Shown piece after piece: positions 39,987 to 50,494 of a DNA stretch of 51,898 nucleotides. The translations under genes and the position numbers were made by a program. The first letter of the stretch is position 1; each line of letters begins with the position of its first letter. The notes beneath the pieces were generated by a model. It searched no databases. It was not told where the DNA came from and saw nothing but the letters and a program-made list of their open reading frames with translations. The stretch comes from Ignavibacteria bacterium. Its GTDB lineage: Bacteria; Bacteroidota; Ignavibacteria; Tepidaquicellales; OLB5. Location of the stretch: positions 1 through 51,898 of the forward strand of contig JAYTUN010000171.1 in assembly GCA_043744495.1 (NCBI GenBank). Reading direction: 5' to 3'.

Positions 39987-40036
39987 CGGGGTGTGGCGCA
40001 GTCTGGTTACCCCGAGCACTCGGGGCTGCTTCGGGA
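39987..40036 (+). pseudogene. tRNA-Pro(CGG) 5'-half remnant with inserted hairpin
   Basis: CGGGGTGTGGCGCAGTCTGGTTA (typical tRNA-Pro 5' end), then CCCCGAGCACTCGGGG, then CTGC-TTCGGGA anticodon loop; no T-arm or acceptor 3' strand. Confidence 0.7.
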
Positions 40037-40176
40037 TGACGTAGAAACCTTAAAAATAGACAAAAAACGTAAAAAACTTTCCAAAATCATTTCATAAAAA
40101 CCTCAATTATAGCATTTTTTTAGAATGTGTTACTGACTTTATCAAATCTAAAAAAGTCTCTTCCTCAATTTTCCTT

Positions 40177-40230
40177 ACTTGAGATATTATTGAGACTTGA
40201 GGTATTATTGAGACTTGAGGTATTATTGAA
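40177..40230. repeat. 18-bp tandem repeat x3
   Basis: ACTTGAG(A/G)TATTATTGA(G/A) three times. Confidence 0.9.
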
Positions 40231-40369
40231 TAACAGTTTGTATTCAAGTTGTATTTAAAAACAAACTCATTCATATAACTTCTGCTGTCAATCTAATAGG
40301 TATAATTATTCTTCTTTGAATCTTCGTCGTGATATAACATTAAAAAAATTGCTAAGATTTTAGCTCATT

Positions 40370-41656
40370 TTATTGATAACTCAGATAGAGATCAAATGCT
40401 TCAATTGTATTATCAAAGTCTTTTTTGGAATGTTCTGCCGAAATGAAACATGCTTCGAATTGTGATGGCGGAAGGTATATGCCGCTGTTTAGCATACTAT
40501 TAAAATAAGACCCAAACATTTTTGTATCGCTCGTTTTTGCAGAATCATAGTCGTAAATTTTATTCCCTGTAAAGAATAAGGTGAACATCGTGCCTGCAGA
40601 GTTCAGCATGAAATTCTTTTTGTTTTTCTTTATTACATTTCTAAAACCATCATATAAATACTCTGCCTTGGCACCAAGGTTTTTATAGAATTTTTTATCA
40701 CCATCTATTATTTTCAGCGTTTCATATCCCGCACACATTGCAAGCGGATTACCTGAAAGCGTCCCGGCCTGATAAACGGGTCCTGAAGGGGCGATCATCT
40801 GCATAATTTCTTTTTTGCCGCCATAAGCGCCAACAGGTAAACCTCCGCCTATTATTTTTCCAAGTGTTGTAAGCTCAGGTTTTATACCATATAGTTCCTG
40901 AGCGCCGCCTTTGGCAACGCGGAATCCCGTCATAACTTCATCAAATATCAGAACAATTTTTTGGTCATCACATAAGTTTCGGAGTTTAATTAGAAATTCC
41001 TTATCAGCTCTAACACAACCCATATTTCCTGCAACAGCTTCTATTATAATTGCTGCGACACTATCTTTATTGCTTTCAACAAGTTTATAAACTGATTCAA
41101 TGTTATTATATTTTGCTGTTAGTGTATCCTCGGCAGTTGATTTTGTTACACCGGGTGAATCAGGCAGCCCCAATGTAGCAATTCCTGAACCTGCTTTGAT
41201 CAGGAAAGCATCACCATGACCGTGATAACAGCCTTCGAATTTGATGATCTTTTCTTTTTTTGTATAAGCCCTTGCCAAGCGTATAGCGCTCATTGTTGCT
41301 TCAGTTCCAGAATTGACCATTCTAACCATTTCAATTGAAGGGAAGAATTTCATAATAAGTTTGGCTAACTTTATTTCGCCCGCTGAATTGGCACCAAAGC
41401 TTGTTCCGTTTTTTGCGGTTTCAATAAGTCGTTTTAAAACCGTCTTGCGTGTATGTCCAAGTATCATAGGTCCCCATGAACCGACATAATCAATAAATTT
41501 ATTCCCGTCTTCATCATAAATATAGGCACCTTTTGCTTTTTTAATATAAAGCGGTTTTCCGCCAACGGAATGGAATGCCCTTACAGGTGAATTAACACCG
41601 CCCGGCATAAGCCCAAGTGCTTCATTGAATAATTTTTTACTTTTAGTAAATTTCAT
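40370..41656 (-). CDS. hemL: glutamate-1-semialdehyde 2,1-aminomutase
   Basis: MPGGVNSPVRAF, FDEVMTGFR, LGKIIGGGLPVG, YQAGTLSGNP. Confidence 0.98.
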   Translation of the reverse strand: MKFTKSKKLFNEALGLMPGGVNSPVRAFHSVGGKPLYIKKAKGAYIYDEDGNKFIDYVGSWGPMILGHTRKTVLKRLIETAKNGTSFGANSAGEIKLAKLIMKFFPSIEMVRMVNSGTEATMSAIRLARAYTKKEKIIKFEGCYHGHGDAFLIKAGSGIATLGLPDSPGVTKSTAEDTLTAKYNNIESVYKLVESNKDSVAAIIIEAVAGNMGCVRADKEFLIKLRNLCDDQKIVLIFDEVMTGFRVAKGGAQELYGIKPELTTLGKIIGGGLPVGAYGGKKEIMQMIAPSGPVYQAGTLSGNPLAMCAGYETLKIIDGDKKFYKNLGAKAEYLYDGFRNVIKKNKKNFMLNSAGTMFTLFFTGNKIYDYDSAKTSDTKMFGSYFNSMLNSGIYLPPSQFEACFISAEHSKKDFDNTIEAFDLYLSYQ

Positions 41657-41692
41657 GCCTTACTGTATAAATTCCCTTAACTGAAATTTTTT

Positions 41693-42691
41693 TTATTTTT
41701 TAACTAATATTCTTGAAGCTTCTTTGGCAAAATATGTAATTATCAGGTTTGCGCCTGCGCGTTTAATGGAATAAAGCATTTCTATCATTGCCTTTTCTCC
41801 ATCTATCCAGCCGGCAGCCGAGGCTGCTTTTATCATGCTGTATTCACCGCTTACATTATAAGCAGCAATCGGGATATTGAACGTATCCTTTGCTCTTTGG
41901 ATGATATCAAGATATGAGAGCGCCGGTTTAACCATTATCATATCAGCGCCTTCCTTAATATCAAGATATATCTCTCGCATTGCCTCATCACTGTTGCGGC
42001 AGTCCATTTGATAAGATTTCCTGTCTCCGAACTGAGGAGCTGATTCGGCAGCATCTCTGAACGGACCGTAAAATGCAGATGAATACTTTGCTGAATATGC
42101 AAGTATCGGAATATCTGTGAAACCATTCTTATCAAGTCCCTGGCGTATAGCAGATATCCTGCCGTCCATCATGTCGCTTGGTGCAATTATATCTGCCCCC
42201 GCTTCTGCGTGAGTTACCGCTTCCTTTACCAGCAGTTCAAGTGTCAGGTCATTATTTACTTCACCGTTTTCTATAACTCCGCAATGGCCGTGAGATGTAT
42301 ATTCGCAGAGGCAAACATCGGTTATAACAATCATATCAGGCAGAGCTTTTTTAATTACTCTTACGGCATTTTGAATTACGCCATGCGTGTCATATGCTCC
42401 GGTTCCGGCTTCATCTTTATGGTCAGGAATTCCGAATAAAATAACAGCCCTTATTCCCAGCTTCTGTGCCTCTTCACATTCTTTAACAGCGTTTTCAAGC
42501 GATAGCTGATAAATTCCCGGCATTGATTTGATCTCGATCTTTATATTCCTGCCCTCTGTAACGAAAACAGGATAAATGAAATCAGAAGTGCTTAAAGTTG
42601 TTTCACTGATCATTTCCCTTATAGATTCATTCTTTCTCAATCTTCTGAGTCTGCTTACAGGGAATCCGGGTATGCTGATTGACTTACTCAT
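41693..42691 (-). CDS. hemB: porphobilinogen synthase
   Basis: DVCLCEYTSHGHCG, APSDMMDGR, FYGPFRDA, MVKPA. Confidence 0.98.
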   Translation of the reverse strand: MSKSISIPGFPVSRLRRLRKNESIREMISETTLSTSDFIYPVFVTEGRNIKIEIKSMPGIYQLSLENAVKECEEAQKLGIRAVILFGIPDHKDEAGTGAYDTHGVIQNAVRVIKKALPDMIVITDVCLCEYTSHGHCGVIENGEVNNDLTLELLVKEAVTHAEAGADIIAPSDMMDGRISAIRQGLDKNGFTDIPILAYSAKYSSAFYGPFRDAAESAPQFGDRKSYQMDCRNSDEAMREIYLDIKEGADMIMVKPALSYLDIIQRAKDTFNIPIAAYNVSGEYSMIKAASAAGWIDGEKAMIEMLYSIKRAGANLIITYFAKEASRILVKK

Positions 42692-42696
42692 AACTT

Positions 42697-44070
42697 TTAT
42701 ATAATAGTTTTGGAATATTTTTCAGCATTCTCAGAAACTGCAAATGCATTTTTGATGCAGTCACATACAGAAATGCCTTTATAATAATTACTGCAGATAA
42801 AAAGCCCGGGAATTTCTTCCTGCATTTTTTCTATCTTATCAGTAAGTATTGCATGTTCTCTTGTATACTGTGGAATTGCAGCCGGCCACCTGATTATTTT
42901 TACGAATTCAGGTTTACCTTTTACTCCCATCAATTTCTTTAATTCGCTTAAAACAATTTGTTCAAGTTCCGTATCGCTTTTAGCAAACAGCTCAGGCTGT
43001 CTTGAGCCGCCTATGAAATTGGTCAATAAGTACGAGCCTTCAGGAGCACGATGCGGGAATATAACAGATGTCCACAGCGAGCCGAGTATCTTTCTGTTCT
43101 CTACACCCGGGATAAGAAATCCGAATCCATCCGGTATAAACCCAAGCGCTTCTTTTTTGAATCCGGTTAATATGACAGCAACAGGCGGATAAAATAATTC
43201 TGATAGCGAAGTTGATACTGCTAAGTCAAATTTTTCAAGCAATTTACCCGCGCTCTTTGCAGGTGATGCAAGGACAACAGTATCAAAAATTTCTGTTTTA
43301 TCATTTCCATCATGTGTATATGAAACAGAATACTTGCTTTCGTGTTTTTCAAGTCCGGTTACGGTTGTATTAAGCAAAACAACATCTTTTAGTTCAGAGT
43401 AAATAGCATCTACCAGTTCATTCAATCCCTCAATAAAGGAAAATGTTTTTGCCGACTGCTTGGATTCTTCATTGCGCTTTTTACGTTCTTTACGAGATTT
43501 AAGCTGCCCACCTATGAGACTTCCGTATTTTTGTTCCAGTTCATAAAGTTTCGGGAATGCTGCTTTAACATTCAGGTTTGCAGGGTCACCTGCAAATACT
43601 CCAGCAACAAAAGGATTTATAGCATAGTCAAGAAATTCCTGTCCGAGCCTGCGTTTGGTAAATTCAGCAATTGACTCACGCTCATTTGATTTTGATTTAA
43701 TGTATGGTTCTTTAAGAAGTCTGAGTTTAGCTGAAATTGAAAAAAGGCTAGTTTTTAAAAAAGACCATGGACTCATTGGCAGAGGAAGAAGCTTACCTTT
43801 TTTTAATATATACCTTTTTTTGGCACTATCTGTTGCATAGATCTTTCTATCTCTTATTCCTAGTAAGTCAAGCAAAGTATTTATAAGCGGCGTTGTTTCA
43901 AGTGTGCTGTTAGGCCCGTGCTCAATAAGGTACCCTTTTATTTTCTCAGTCCTAATATTTCCGCCGGGAAAGCTGTTTTTCTCGAAGAGCTCTACTTCAA
44001 TTCCTTTTTTCTTCAGCAAGTATGCAGATGTAAGTCCCGAAATGCCGCCGCCAATTACTGCCGTTTTCAT
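42697..44070 (-). CDS. hemY: FAD-dependent protoporphyrinogen oxidase (HemY-type)
   Basis: VIGGGISGL, EHGPNS, GFGFLIP, RWPAAIPQY. Confidence 0.92.
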   Translation of the reverse strand: MKTAVIGGGISGLTSAYLLKKKGIEVELFEKNSFPGGNIRTEKIKGYLIEHGPNSTLETTPLINTLLDLLGIRDRKIYATDSAKKRYILKKGKLLPLPMSPWSFLKTSLFSISAKLRLLKEPYIKSKSNERESIAEFTKRRLGQEFLDYAINPFVAGVFAGDPANLNVKAAFPKLYELEQKYGSLIGGQLKSRKERKKRNEESKQSAKTFSFIEGLNELVDAIYSELKDVVLLNTTVTGLEKHESKYSVSYTHDGNDKTEIFDTVVLASPAKSAGKLLEKFDLAVSTSLSELFYPPVAVILTGFKKEALGFIPDGFGFLIPGVENRKILGSLWTSVIFPHRAPEGSYLLTNFIGGSRQPELFAKSDTELEQIVLSELKKLMGVKGKPEFVKIIRWPAAIPQYTREHAILTDKIEKMQEEIPGLFICSNYYKGISVCDCIKNAFAVSENAEKYSKTII

Positions 44071-45077
44071 CTTATGTTAGCTTCTTTCGGTATAGCAGCA
44101 ATCTTCTCTAAAACCAATTGCTCCAAAGCTGAGATAAAAGTTGGCGAATCATTCAATCCTTCAGTAACTTCAAAATTTTCAATTCCGTTTTCTTTTGCAA
44201 GATGTCTGTATTCAACATTTAACTCGAACAATGTTTCCAAATGGTCTGATGTAAATGCTACAGGAACCATCAACAGATCTTTTACTCCAAGCTTACTTAC
44301 TTCAAGTATTGTAGCCGGAGTAGATGGAGTGAGCCATTTTTGCGGCCCCACTTTGGACTGGAAGCATAACCTGTTTGGTTGCTTCATCTTCATAGTGTCT
44401 TTAATAGTTTCGACTGTTTCTTTTATCTGGTATGAATACGGGTCTCCAATTTTTACAAGTTTCACTGGCGTGCCGTGAGCGCTGAATAGTACTGTTACAT
44501 TCTCTTTTCTCTCAGCCGGAAACTTTGCAAGTCCTGCATTAATTCTTTCAATAAAAGACTGGATATACAAGTCGTTAGTTGGATATTTTTCCACCAAAAA
44601 TGAAGGAATATTTTTCACTTTTTCATTTGAAGCAACCTGTTTCTTCCATTCGTTCATACTGGATGCTGTTGTAGCAATTGAATAATGCGGGTACAGCGGC
44701 AAAAATATAATCTTCGATGGGTCATATTTCTCAACTTCTGCAATTGTATCAGCAGTAAATGGTTTCCAGTAACGCATTGCAAGAAATACTTTAGCGTTCA
44801 TGGATTTATTCAATCTTACTTCGAGAAGATTTGCCTGTTTTGTTGAAAGCTCCAGGATAGGAGATTTCCCCCCGATGCGTTCATACTGCACCTGAACCTT
44901 CGGCGCACGTTTAGAAGAAATATATCTGGCAAGTCTTTTTCTGACAAGAAAACTTAACGGGAAGTTTATTATATCCGGATCGCTGAAGAGATTATACAGG
45001 AAAGGCTCAATTGCATCAAGTGAATCAGGTCCGCCTAAATTAAAAAGTACGACTGCTGTCTTGTTGTCATCTCTCAT
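44067..45077 (-). CDS. hemH: ferrochelatase
   Basis: NLGGP, YERIGGKSP, AMRYWKP, FSAHG, FQSKVGP..WL.P, SDHLETL. Confidence 0.97.
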   Translation of the reverse strand: MRDDNKTAVVLFNLGGPDSLDAIEPFLYNLFSDPDIINFPLSFLVRKRLARYISSKRAPKVQVQYERIGGKSPILELSTKQANLLEVRLNKSMNAKVFLAMRYWKPFTADTIAEVEKYDPSKIIFLPLYPHYSIATTASSMNEWKKQVASNEKVKNIPSFLVEKYPTNDLYIQSFIERINAGLAKFPAERKENVTVLFSAHGTPVKLVKIGDPYSYQIKETVETIKDTMKMKQPNRLCFQSKVGPQKWLTPSTPATILEVSKLGVKDLLMVPVAFTSDHLETLFELNVEYRHLAKENGIENFEVTEGLNDSPTFISALEQLVLEKIAAIPKEANIR

Positions 45078-45084
45078 ATTACGC

Positions 45085-46473
45085 TTACACCGTCCTTGAA
45101 AATATCGGTTTATCCTTTTTCATGCCGGCAAGATATGCATCAAAACACATTGCAATATTCCTTATAACAAGCTTGCCCATTTCATCTATTTTAATTATGC
45201 TGCTGTTTGAGCTTACAAGTCCGTCATCTTCAAAAGGCTTAAGCTGTATAATGGAGTCTGCAAAGTATTCGTCAAAATTAATTGCGAATCTTTCTGAAAT
45301 ATTCGTTTTATCAATTTCAAGGTGGCACATGAGGCTATTGATAGTTTCTTTTCTTATATGGTCATCTTTTGTCATTCTGTAACCAAGGTGAGTTGCTAGT
45401 GAGTCAGCGTTAATTCTGTCAGTATATTCCTTTACTGTCTTAACATTCTGCGCATAAATATCAGTGAACTGGCTTATTGCGGACATGCCGAATGCATAAA
45501 CATCACAGCCGGCTTTAGTAGAATATCCCTGGAAATTTCTGTACAATGTTTTTTCTCTTTGTGCAACTGAAAGTTCATCATTAGGTTTGGCAAAATGGTC
45601 CATGCCAATATACCAGTACCCGGCATCACTCAGTTTTTCAATTGTCATTATCAGAGTTCTGAGTTTATCTTCGGTACCCGGAAGTGCTTCTTCCGGCATA
45701 GCCTGCTGGTTCTTTTTCATCCATGGCACATGCGCATAGTTGAAAACTGCAATTCTATCAGGTGAAATATCTATGATCTGGTCAAGAGTTTCTGAAAATG
45801 ATTCGCGTGTTTGATATGGTAAACCGTAAATCAGATCTATATTAACACTCTTAACCCCAAGTTTCCTTGACCAGTTAACAGCGTCCAAAGTAATTTCAAT
45901 TGGCTGAATTCTGTTTATAGCTTTCTGAACAACCGGATTATTATCCTGTACACCCATACTAACGCGGTTGAAACCCGAATCAACAAATGCCTGCATATGT
46001 TCAAATGTCAGGTCACGCGGGTCTATTTCTACACTTGCTTCTATATCATCAGCAAAATTAAATTTTTCTTTAACATAAACACCGACTTCACGTATTTCAT
46101 CAGGTGAGAGATACGAAGGTGTTCCGCCACCCCAGTGAAGCTGTGAAACTCTTCTTTTCGGATCTATAAGAGGAAGTATCATATCAACTTCCTTTTTTAT
46201 CTCCGCATTATATCTTTTTATTTTGTTCCTGTCATTAGTTACAAGCATAGTGCAGCCGCAAAAATAGCAGAGTGTATCGCAGTAAGGGAAATGGAAATAC
46301 AGAGAAAGATCAGGAGCCCCCCCTTTGGAATTAGTATTTATTATTTCTTCGCGGTAATTTTCTACTGTGAATTTATCTGAAAATAGCGGCGCCGTAGGAT
46401 ATGAAGTATAACGCGGGCCCGGCTTATCATATTTCTTAAGGAAATCAAGATCAAGCTTTTCGAACTGTGCCAT
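45085..46473 (-). CDS. hemN: oxygen-independent coproporphyrinogen III oxidase
   Basis: GPRYTSYPTA, CDTLCYFCGC radical-SAM motif, IGMDHFA, RNFQGY. Confidence 0.97.
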   Translation of the reverse strand: MAQFEKLDLDFLKKYDKPGPRYTSYPTAPLFSDKFTVENYREEIINTNSKGGAPDLSLYFHFPYCDTLCYFCGCTMLVTNDRNKIKRYNAEIKKEVDMILPLIDPKRRVSQLHWGGGTPSYLSPDEIREVGVYVKEKFNFADDIEASVEIDPRDLTFEHMQAFVDSGFNRVSMGVQDNNPVVQKAINRIQPIEITLDAVNWSRKLGVKSVNIDLIYGLPYQTRESFSETLDQIIDISPDRIAVFNYAHVPWMKKNQQAMPEEALPGTEDKLRTLIMTIEKLSDAGYWYIGMDHFAKPNDELSVAQREKTLYRNFQGYSTKAGCDVYAFGMSAISQFTDIYAQNVKTVKEYTDRINADSLATHLGYRMTKDDHIRKETINSLMCHLEIDKTNISERFAINFDEYFADSIIQLKPFEDDGLVSSNSSIIKIDEMGKLVIRNIAMCFDAYLAGMKKDKPIFSRTV

Positions 46474-46491
46474 TACCTTTGGTTTTAAAAT

Positions 46492-47532
46492 TTAATGAAA
46501 CTCTTTGCTTTCGTTCTTAATATAATCAACAAGCGCTCTTACATTTTCAATGGGGGTTGAAGGCAATATGCCGTGGCCGAGATTGAAAATATGTCCGTTA
46601 CCTTTGCCGAATTTTTCAAGTACCTTGCGCGCTTCGGCATTAACTGTTGCCGGATTGGAAAATAATACTGCAGGATCTAAGTTTCCCTGTAATGCTTTTG
46701 AAGCATTAATTTCATTTTTTGCATCTTCAATATCAACAGTCCAGTCAATGCCAATTACATCGCAGTCTATTGCAGCAATTGGTTTTAGATCTCTTACGCC
46801 CTTTGCAAATACAATTATCGGGACTCCGCGCTGCTTAATATTATCAACTATTTTTTTAACATATCTAAGCGAAAACTCATCAAAATCCCATGGTGAAAGA
46901 ACTCCGCCCCAGGTATCAAATATCTGTATTGCCTGGCATCCGGCATCGATCTTACCATTGAGGTAATCAATTACCGCATCCGATAATTTTTCTAAAAGCT
47001 TATGTGCGCTCGAGGGGTCATTATAGATGAGCGATTTTATCTTCTCAAAATTCTTTGAACCTTTGCCTTCAACCATATAAGCCGCAAGTGTCCATGGGGC
47101 GCCTGAAAATCCAATCAGCGGCACACGGCCATTAAGTCTTTCCTTAGCTATCTTAACAGCGTCGTATACAAATTTCAGTTTATCCTGTATACCGCTGTTA
47201 TCAAGCGCATCAATTTGACTAGCACTGCGGATAGGGTTATCAAAAGTCGGCCCTTTTGATTCTTTCATTTCAAGCTTCATTCCCATAGCTTCGGGAATTA
47301 CGAGTATATCTGAAAATATTATTGAAGCGTCAAATCCGAAGATATCTATTGGCTGCAAAGTAACTTCGGCAGCAAGCTCAGGTGTTTTGCACATAGTGAG
47401 GAAATCATATTTTTCCCTTACGGCGCGGTATTCGGCAAGATATCTGCCTGCCTGGCGCATTATCCAGATCGGAGTACGTTCGGTAGGTTCCCTGCGGCAT
47501 GCTTTTATAAATAAATAGTCTTTATCCTGCAA
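46492..47532 (-). CDS. hemE: uroporphyrinogen decarboxylase
   Basis: PIWIMRQAGRYL, IFSDIL, QGNLDP, IFNLGHG; likely TTG start at 47532. Confidence 0.97.
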   Translation of the reverse strand: MQDKDYLFIKACRREPTERTPIWIMRQAGRYLAEYRAVREKYDFLTMCKTPELAAEVTLQPIDIFGFDASIIFSDILVIPEAMGMKLEMKESKGPTFDNPIRSASQIDALDNSGIQDKLKFVYDAVKIAKERLNGRVPLIGFSGAPWTLAAYMVEGKGSKNFEKIKSLIYNDPSSAHKLLEKLSDAVIDYLNGKIDAGCQAIQIFDTWGGVLSPWDFDEFSLRYVKKIVDNIKQRGVPIIVFAKGVRDLKPIAAIDCDVIGIDWTVDIEDAKNEINASKALQGNLDPAVLFSNPATVNAEARKVLEKFGKGNGHIFNLGHGILPSTPIENVRALVDYIKNESKEFH

Positions 47533-48274
47533 TATAATGTTTAATGATTTCTTCTCCGAGATTTTCTGCCGTTGATATTGAAGCAACAATTTTAGCTTCA
47601 AGTCCAACGGATTTTATCCTCTCCAATGTTGTCTTTCCAATGGCTGCAACTTCCGAACCTGAGTCTTTATATGATGGAAACAATTCTGCAAAATTAGTAA
47701 CTGCAGAGGGACTAAAAAATGCAATACAATCTACCTCTTTTGCATTTAAGATCTTTTCAAGATTTGTTAACGCCTGAGTTCTCAACGGTTTGTTAGTATT
47801 ATATACAATTAATTCTTCTACTTTACCAATATTGGCAAGTAAACTTTTCATACTAATGTTCCCGCAGGGGAATAAATATTTCGTATTTTTGTCATTATTT
47901 TTAGTAAGCATTGAAGCGAGTTGGGATGAATTGTATTCATCCGGAACGAATTTTACTTCATATCCCAGTTTTTCAATTGCCGCTTTTGTTTTTTCACCAA
48001 CTGCATAGATCTCATTTGCAAGGGAAATGTTTAATTCTTTAGCACGTGCAAGAAAAAACCTCGCACCATTTGCACTGGTGAAAATTACTCCGGTGTATTC
48101 TATGATCTTTCCAAGTTTAGCGTCTATTTCAGTGAAATCTGTAACAGGGGAGATCTCAATCATAGGAACTGCAATAACTTTCGCGCCTGCATTTTCCAGT
48201 ATTCTGCGGAACTCTTCTGAGCCATCTTTTGGTCTCGTACACAATATTTTTCTGCCTGTAATTGCCATAATCAA
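47522..48274 (-). CDS. hemD: uroporphyrinogen-III synthase
   Basis: ILCTRP, IFTSANG, AVGEKT, FFSPSAV, AIGKTT. Confidence 0.93.
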   Translation of the reverse strand: MIMAITGRKILCTRPKDGSEEFRRILENAGAKVIAVPMIEISPVTDFTEIDAKLGKIIEYTGVIFTSANGARFFLARAKELNISLANEIYAVGEKTKAAIEKLGYEVKFVPDEYNSSQLASMLTKNNDKNTKYLFPCGNISMKSLLANIGKVEELIVYNTNKPLRTQALTNLEKILNAKEVDCIAFFSPSAVTNFAELFPSYKDSGSEVAAIGKTTLERIKSVGLEAKIVASISTAENLGEEIIKHYIAG

Positions 48275-48283
48275 ATCACTTTC

Positions 48284-49210
48284 TCAGGATACCGGCCGTA
48301 ATGCTGCAAGTATTTCTCTTGCTCCCTGGTCAAGGAGCATTAATCCGGCATTTATGCCGATCTCTTCGGCTCTTTCAGCTTTATCTTTTAATGAGCATCT
48401 TATAATATTCTTTCCGTCAAGAGAACCAACCATTCCATCAAGGTTTAGTATACCATTTTCAATTTTTGTAAAAACTCCTACCGGCACCTGGCATCCGCCT
48501 TCAACTGTACTAAGCATCGCTCTTTCGGCAGTGATCTGGTAATAAGAATTGGTGTTATTAATTGGCTCAAGCATTTTCAAAAGATCTTTATCACCCGATC
48601 TAATTTCAACAGCCATAACACCCTGGCTTACTGCGGGAAGCATTATAACTTCGGGTATTATTTGTTTCAGATGCTGTTTTAAGCCAAGCCTAGAAATTCC
48701 TGCTAAAGCAAGAATCATTCCATCCCAGCCTTCGGTTTCAAGCTTGCGCAGCCTTGTATTAATATTTCCGCGCACATCAATTATATTGAGGTCACTGCGG
48801 AAGTTTAAAAGTTGACTTTTGCGTCTGAGGCTTCCTGTTGCAATAGTTGCGCCCTGAGGAAGTTCATCCAGCGAATTATGTTTTAGCGAGATGAAAGCAT
48901 CATGCTGGTCTTCACGTTTGCTTACCGCTCCAATACATAGTCCTTCAGGTAGTGCTGTCGGCAGGTCTTTTAAACTGTGAACAGCAAGATCAATGCTTCC
49001 ATCAAGCAATGCTTCTTCAATGGCTTTTGTGAACAGGCCTTTATCGCCGATCTTAGAAAGCGCCACATCAAGAATCTTATCACCTTCTGTTTTAATTATC
49101 TCTATTGAGACTCTGGCGTCAGCGTGGAGTTTTTCAAGCTGATTTTTTACCCAATTTGTCTGCCAAAGTGCAAGTTCACTTCCCCTTGAACCAATTACAA
49201 TTTTGTCCAA
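48284..49210 (-). CDS. hemC: hydroxymethylbilane synthase
   Basis: GSRGSELALWQ, KGLFTK, AVHSLKDLP, RGNINTRL, GGCQVP. Confidence 0.98.
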   Translation of the reverse strand: MDKIVIGSRGSELALWQTNWVKNQLEKLHADARVSIEIIKTEGDKILDVALSKIGDKGLFTKAIEEALLDGSIDLAVHSLKDLPTALPEGLCIGAVSKREDQHDAFISLKHNSLDELPQGATIATGSLRRKSQLLNFRSDLNIIDVRGNINTRLRKLETEGWDGMILALAGISRLGLKQHLKQIIPEVIMLPAVSQGVMAVEIRSGDKDLLKMLEPINNTNSYYQITAERAMLSTVEGGCQVPVGVFTKIENGILNLDGMVGSLDGKNIIRCSLKDKAERAEEIGINAGLMLLDQGAREILAALRPVS

Positions 49211-49213
49211 AAC

Positions 49214-50491
49214 TTAATTCCGGTCCTTTTCAAGATTATATTTATTCAACTTTTCCAGCTTCTCGATGAGTATATTGTGAAATTGAAGTTCATTATTTAG
49301 TTTATCAATGCCAAAACTGAGTTTCCTGTGATTATCGGTTACATTCTCGACCAGATATTTCCTTATTTCTTTTATTTTGGCTCCTGATTGACCATTGAAA
49401 TTTGCCTGTATAAATTGTATTGAAGGAAGTACTGGTATTGTATAATACCATATCAAAAATTCAAGTACTTCATGAGAAATTATATTCTTTACTTCAGGAA
49501 TTACTGACATGCGTTTTTCTAAATTGGTATCAACTATTGCATTGAGATCATCCATGTTTTTCAGAAATACATTTTCTATACTGTTAATTTTCGGATCAAT
49601 ATCTCTTGGTACAGCAATATCTATCATTAATATCGGTGCACCTCGTCTCTTTTTTGCCACATCTTTAAACTCATCATACTTCAATATGTAATCACTCGCG
49701 CCGGTTGAGCTTATTATGATGTCAACTTTATCAAGCTTATTTTTAAATTCGCTGTAATCCAGAACTTCACCGTCAAAAGAACCGTGTTCTTTTAGCCTTG
49801 AAATAAGACTCTCAGCATTGGTTTTAGTTCTGTTTGTTACAAAAACTTTTTTAATATTTTTCTTCAGCAGGCTCTCTATTGTAAGCTCAGCAGTTTCACC
49901 TGCCCCAATCACAAGAGCCGTCATGCTGTGCAGGTCGCCGAAAATTTTTGTTGCCAGTTCCACAGCAGCGTAGCTTATGGAAAATGCACCTTTGAACAAT
50001 CCGGTTTCGCTCTTTGCTCTCTTAGCAGCATGCAGCGCTTTCTGTACCATCTGGTTCAATACCTTGCCTGTAGAGCCGCAGTCACTTGCAATCCGGTAAG
50101 ATCTCTTTAACTGATGCATTACCTGTGAATCTCCAACTACCATTGAATCGATGCTTGTTGCCACTTTAAATATCTGGTCAGCGGCACTTCCTAAAATAAA
50201 CTCATAGAAATGATCTTTTTTTACTGTGTTATGTGCATCGTTTATATTGATCATCAACTGCTTGATGTAATCTGAATCAAGTCCGCTGCCGTTAGTAACT
50301 CCGTATAACTCTGTTCTGTTGCAGGTAGAAACTATCATACACTCCGCAAGATAGAGCTTCAAAAGCTTCAGAATCTCAGGAATTCTTTCTTCGCTAATAG
50401 ACATTTTTTCACGTACCTCAAGCGGAGCGGTCCGGTGATTTATACCTATAGAGAATAAAAGCGGATGATTATGTGATGAAATATTTATCAT
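49214..50491 (-). CDS. hemA: glutamyl-tRNA reductase
   Basis: GINHRTAPLEVRE, STCNRTELY, DSMVVGDSQV, IGAGE, DIAVPRDI. Confidence 0.96.
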   Translation of the reverse strand: MINISSHNHPLLFSIGINHRTAPLEVREKMSISEERIPEILKLLKLYLAECMIVSTCNRTELYGVTNGSGLDSDYIKQLMININDAHNTVKKDHFYEFILGSAADQIFKVATSIDSMVVGDSQVMHQLKRSYRIASDCGSTGKVLNQMVQKALHAAKRAKSETGLFKGAFSISYAAVELATKIFGDLHSMTALVIGAGETAELTIESLLKKNIKKVFVTNRTKTNAESLISRLKEHGSFDGEVLDYSEFKNKLDKVDIIISSTGASDYILKYDEFKDVAKKRRGAPILMIDIAVPRDIDPKINSIENVFLKNMDDLNAIVDTNLEKRMSVIPEVKNIISHEVLEFLIWYYTIPVLPSIQFIQANFNGQSGAKIKEIRKYLVENVTDNHRKLSFGIDKLNNELQFHNILIEKLEKLNKYNLEKDRN

Positions 50492-50494
50492 ATT

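Noticed and set aside
538-50110. Numerous ORF-track entries antisense to or overlapping confident genes (e.g. 538-1113, 7488-7931, 11841-12305, 43918-44478, 48027-48542)
   Set aside because: Shadow frames of well-supported genes with no recognisable motifs
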